From: the human T2T-CHM13v2.0 reference genome, Homo sapiens
Length of the DNA stretch: 64,000 bases
Assembly (NCBI RefSeq): GCF_009914755.1
Contig: NC_060934.1
Reading direction: 5' to 3' (one strand)
Within the stretch, counting starts at the first letter, position 1, and each line of letters begins with the position of its first letter. Below the pieces are notes generated by a model, which saw nothing but the letters and a program-made list of their open reading frames with translations, did not search any database and had not been told where the DNA came from. The position numbers and the translations under genes were made by a program. Below, piece by piece: positions 61,341-64,000 of this stretch.

Positions 61341-61547
61341 CCCAGGCTGGAGTGCAAGATACGATCTCAGCTCACTGCAACTTCCACCTCCCAGGTTCAA
61401 GTGATTCTCCTGCCTCAGCCTCCTGAGTAGCTGGGATTACAGGCATGCCCGGCTAATTTTTGTATTTTTAGTAGAGATGAGGTTTCATAGTGTTGGTCAG
61501 ACTGATCTCGAACTCCTGACCTCATGATCTGCCCGCCTTGGCCTCCT
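61341..61547 (-). mobile_element. Truncated Alu fragment
   Basis: cccaggctggagtgcaa...ctgcccgccttggcctcc; both ends missing. Confidence 0.9.
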
Positions 61548-63017
61548 AGATTCCCTCCCAATTTTAAGATCTTTAATTAGTTTTTGTCATAAATACTTAG
61601 AAGAGCTCATGGATCATATGCTTGGTCCTCTTAGCAAGGAAACCTCTCTGCAAATGGTCATGTACTTACCAGCAAAGCTCCCTGAGCCAAGGGAGTTCTC
61701 TTCCCAATGACGCTTCACTAAAGTAGAAAATGTTGCATTCGCTTACAACGAGACTTCTTTTTCCTTGGGTTTTAATCATATGACAAATTAGGTTGAATTT
61801 GCATTTACACAGCATTTTATGATGTAAGCTTTCTAATAACGCTGCAGCCGGCACTGCAGTGAATTGCATTATCCCTAATGGTTCATCAGTTCTGAGATTT
61901 AGTATTTGATCTTGTTTTATTATCTTTTCCAGCTATATTCTATACCTATTTTTTCCCTGAAATAAACATTATTGATTTACTTATTAAATATTGTCTGCCT
62001 ACGGTGAATTTTTCACATAAGCAGCATGATGAATCCTTTTTAAAAATAATGATTATCTGCAACACGATGCCAGAAATGCTGGCTTTATAAGGAAGGTTTG
62101 AATGAATTTGAACTAAATACAGAGAATGAAAACCTTCCTGGGCTTTCTTAGATAAAGGCTTATACACTGATTCTATCTCCTTGAGAAAAAGAGTAATCAA
62201 TAAGTGATTATATTCTTAAAATAAATTACATTTCGGTTTCGTTCTGTCCAGAGCAGTTAAGAAGTGATGATTACTATGGGTTAAGCCTGAGGGCAAAAAA
62301 AGGGAACTTTATGAGTTATTTGCAATATCTGAGGAAATACTTCAGAATAATAATAAAGTCAGCAGTAAAATTAGCTTTACCTTTGGTTCACAGTATGTTC
62401 TTCCCTGAAGTTTGCTTCTAGCTAAATCTAACCCTAAGTGAAACTGGAAAAAGAAGACTGTTTAGCACCTTACCTGCTCCACACTCGTGCCTGTCCCCTC
62501 AATGCTTGGGCTAATCCAGGGGTCTCCTGACGTCCCCAGAGGTCCAGGGTCTTGTCGGCAACCCTCCCTCCCCGAGACACATCTGTCGCCTCTTCCCTGC
62601 TTTCCTCCTCCAGGGTTGCATCCTCTCTCAGTCTACTATTGCTGGCCCATGGACCACCCTTAAACCCAAGGGTCCAAAACACTCATGAGCACCTTTCTCC
62701 CAAGTCTGCTGATGGATTGGCTGGCAGATTGCAAGACCGAAAAAGTCACCTGCTCCCTCGGCCTCTTTGACATATTCCAGGGGAAAAAAAAAATCAAGTT
62801 GCCTGGTTCATTTCAGAAAGATAATACATGCCTGATATTACCCCTGGTCACAGGGTATAAAAGAAAAGTAGACATTTATTTTCTGCATTCTCCCTGGCAA
62901 CTACCTGTCCCTGGAGAGGAATTGAAAAACCTAGGCAGCTGTAGCCAGGGCCCCATGGCATCTAATCCTGGACCAACAGGCAGTGCACTCCCATTGAGAT
63001 TTTGCATCTATGACCAT

Positions 63018-63116
63018 GAGTGTGTGTGTGCATGAGTGTATGTGTATGTGTGTGTACATGAGCGTTTGTGTGTGTGCATGTGTGTATGCATGCATGTGTG
63101 TGTGCAGTGTGTGTGT
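63018..63116. repeat. Degenerate (TG)n tract
   Basis: Direct reading of the sequence. Confidence 0.85.
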
Positions 63117-63329
63117 CCCTGTGACCGTGTGTCCCCATCAACTAGAAACTCAGCCAAGATGCTGCAACTTAATCACAAATAACAACAAGCAAGTTGGGAG
63201 GCAAGAAGTACAGACGGGTGGGCTTATGTGAAGCAAATCCATATAAAAAGAATTAACCATCATAATGTATAAAGTGCTCCCACAAAACAAAGGAAAAAAG
63301 GATAAAAAAGAGAGAAAATATTCAAAGTC

Positions 63330-63790
63330 TAAAAAGCATAATAAGAATAGGAAATACAAACAGCCAATAAATACATGAAAGATGATCCATGTAACCAATA
63401 CAAAGGGGATTACAAAATGAAACGAAACTGAGATTTTTTTTGCCAATCTTATTGTCAGAAGTTGTGAGGACTAATAGATTCTAGAGGCACCAAAGCTGAG
63501 AACCTGAAGGCTGGACCACTGACGGCTCTGGGCAAGGCAACTCAGCAATCAGTACCAACATTTCTAAGTATACATCTAAAGTGTGCAATTCTACGTCGAT
63601 GCCTCCATCTGACGAGAGTGTGCCTCTGCTCAAAGACATGTTTATGGAGGAGCTCCTTACAATAACCAAAGAAAAAAATTAGAGACCACAGACTGTCCAC
63701 CAGCAGTAGATGAAATAGCTCAAGCTGTGGTAAAATAGCATGCACCCATGCATACCCAATGATCACCCACGAACGAAACAACTCATCCAC
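63330..63790 (+). mobile_element. Old L1M (L1MC/ME-like) fragment
   Basis: cagccaataaatacatgaaagatg and ctgtccaccagcagtagatgaaatagctcaagctgtggt. Confidence 0.6.
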
Positions 63791-63867
63791 ATCAGCACTA
63801 AGAACAGGGAGAGGGCAGGGCAACAAGAACAGGACACAGCAGATTTCTGAAGTACAGAAGTCCGATA

Positions 63868-64000
63868 AGGGCAGTAACTCATGCCTGTAATCCCAGCACT
63901 GGGGAGGCTGAGGCGGGAAAATGGGTTTAGCCCAGGAGTTCAAAACCAGCCTGGGCAGTATAACGAGACCCCATCTCTACTAAAAATAAAATTAAAAAAA
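63868..64000 (+). mobile_element. AluJ left arm or FLAM (runs to the window edge)
   Basis: ctcatgcctgtaatcccagcact...gcccaggagttcaaaaccagcctgggca...ccatctctactaaaaat. Confidence 0.88.

Overview
Primate (human-like) nuclear DNA, roughly 40% GC by eye, intergenic or deep intronic. I cannot name the locus. No protein-coding gene, RNA gene or CRISPR array can be supported. Most ORFs in the track come from microsatellites, Alus, L1s or LTRs; the rest are short and unrecognised. Much of the window is interspersed repeat: about 13 Alu copies or fragments, L1 fragments including a ~5.3 kb internally deleted L1M, solo THE1/MST LTRs with target-site duplications, MLT1 and LTR47-like elements, a decayed ERVL gag/pol remnant, and Tigger/MER DNA transposons. 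Subfamily calls are from remembered consensus sequences, not a RepeatMasker run. I found no convincing new biological system. The best-supported unusual observations are: a VNTR built from an inverted piece of its host L1; local templated duplications with stuttered junctions; an 18-bp minisatellite whose units each carry a 5' splice-site-like motif; and TE-free blocks with TALE/HOX/TCF/CTCF-type motifs. More speculative is a series of minus-strand exon-like units with good splice signals but broken frames, which could be a decayed gene, lncRNA exons or chance pseudo-exons.
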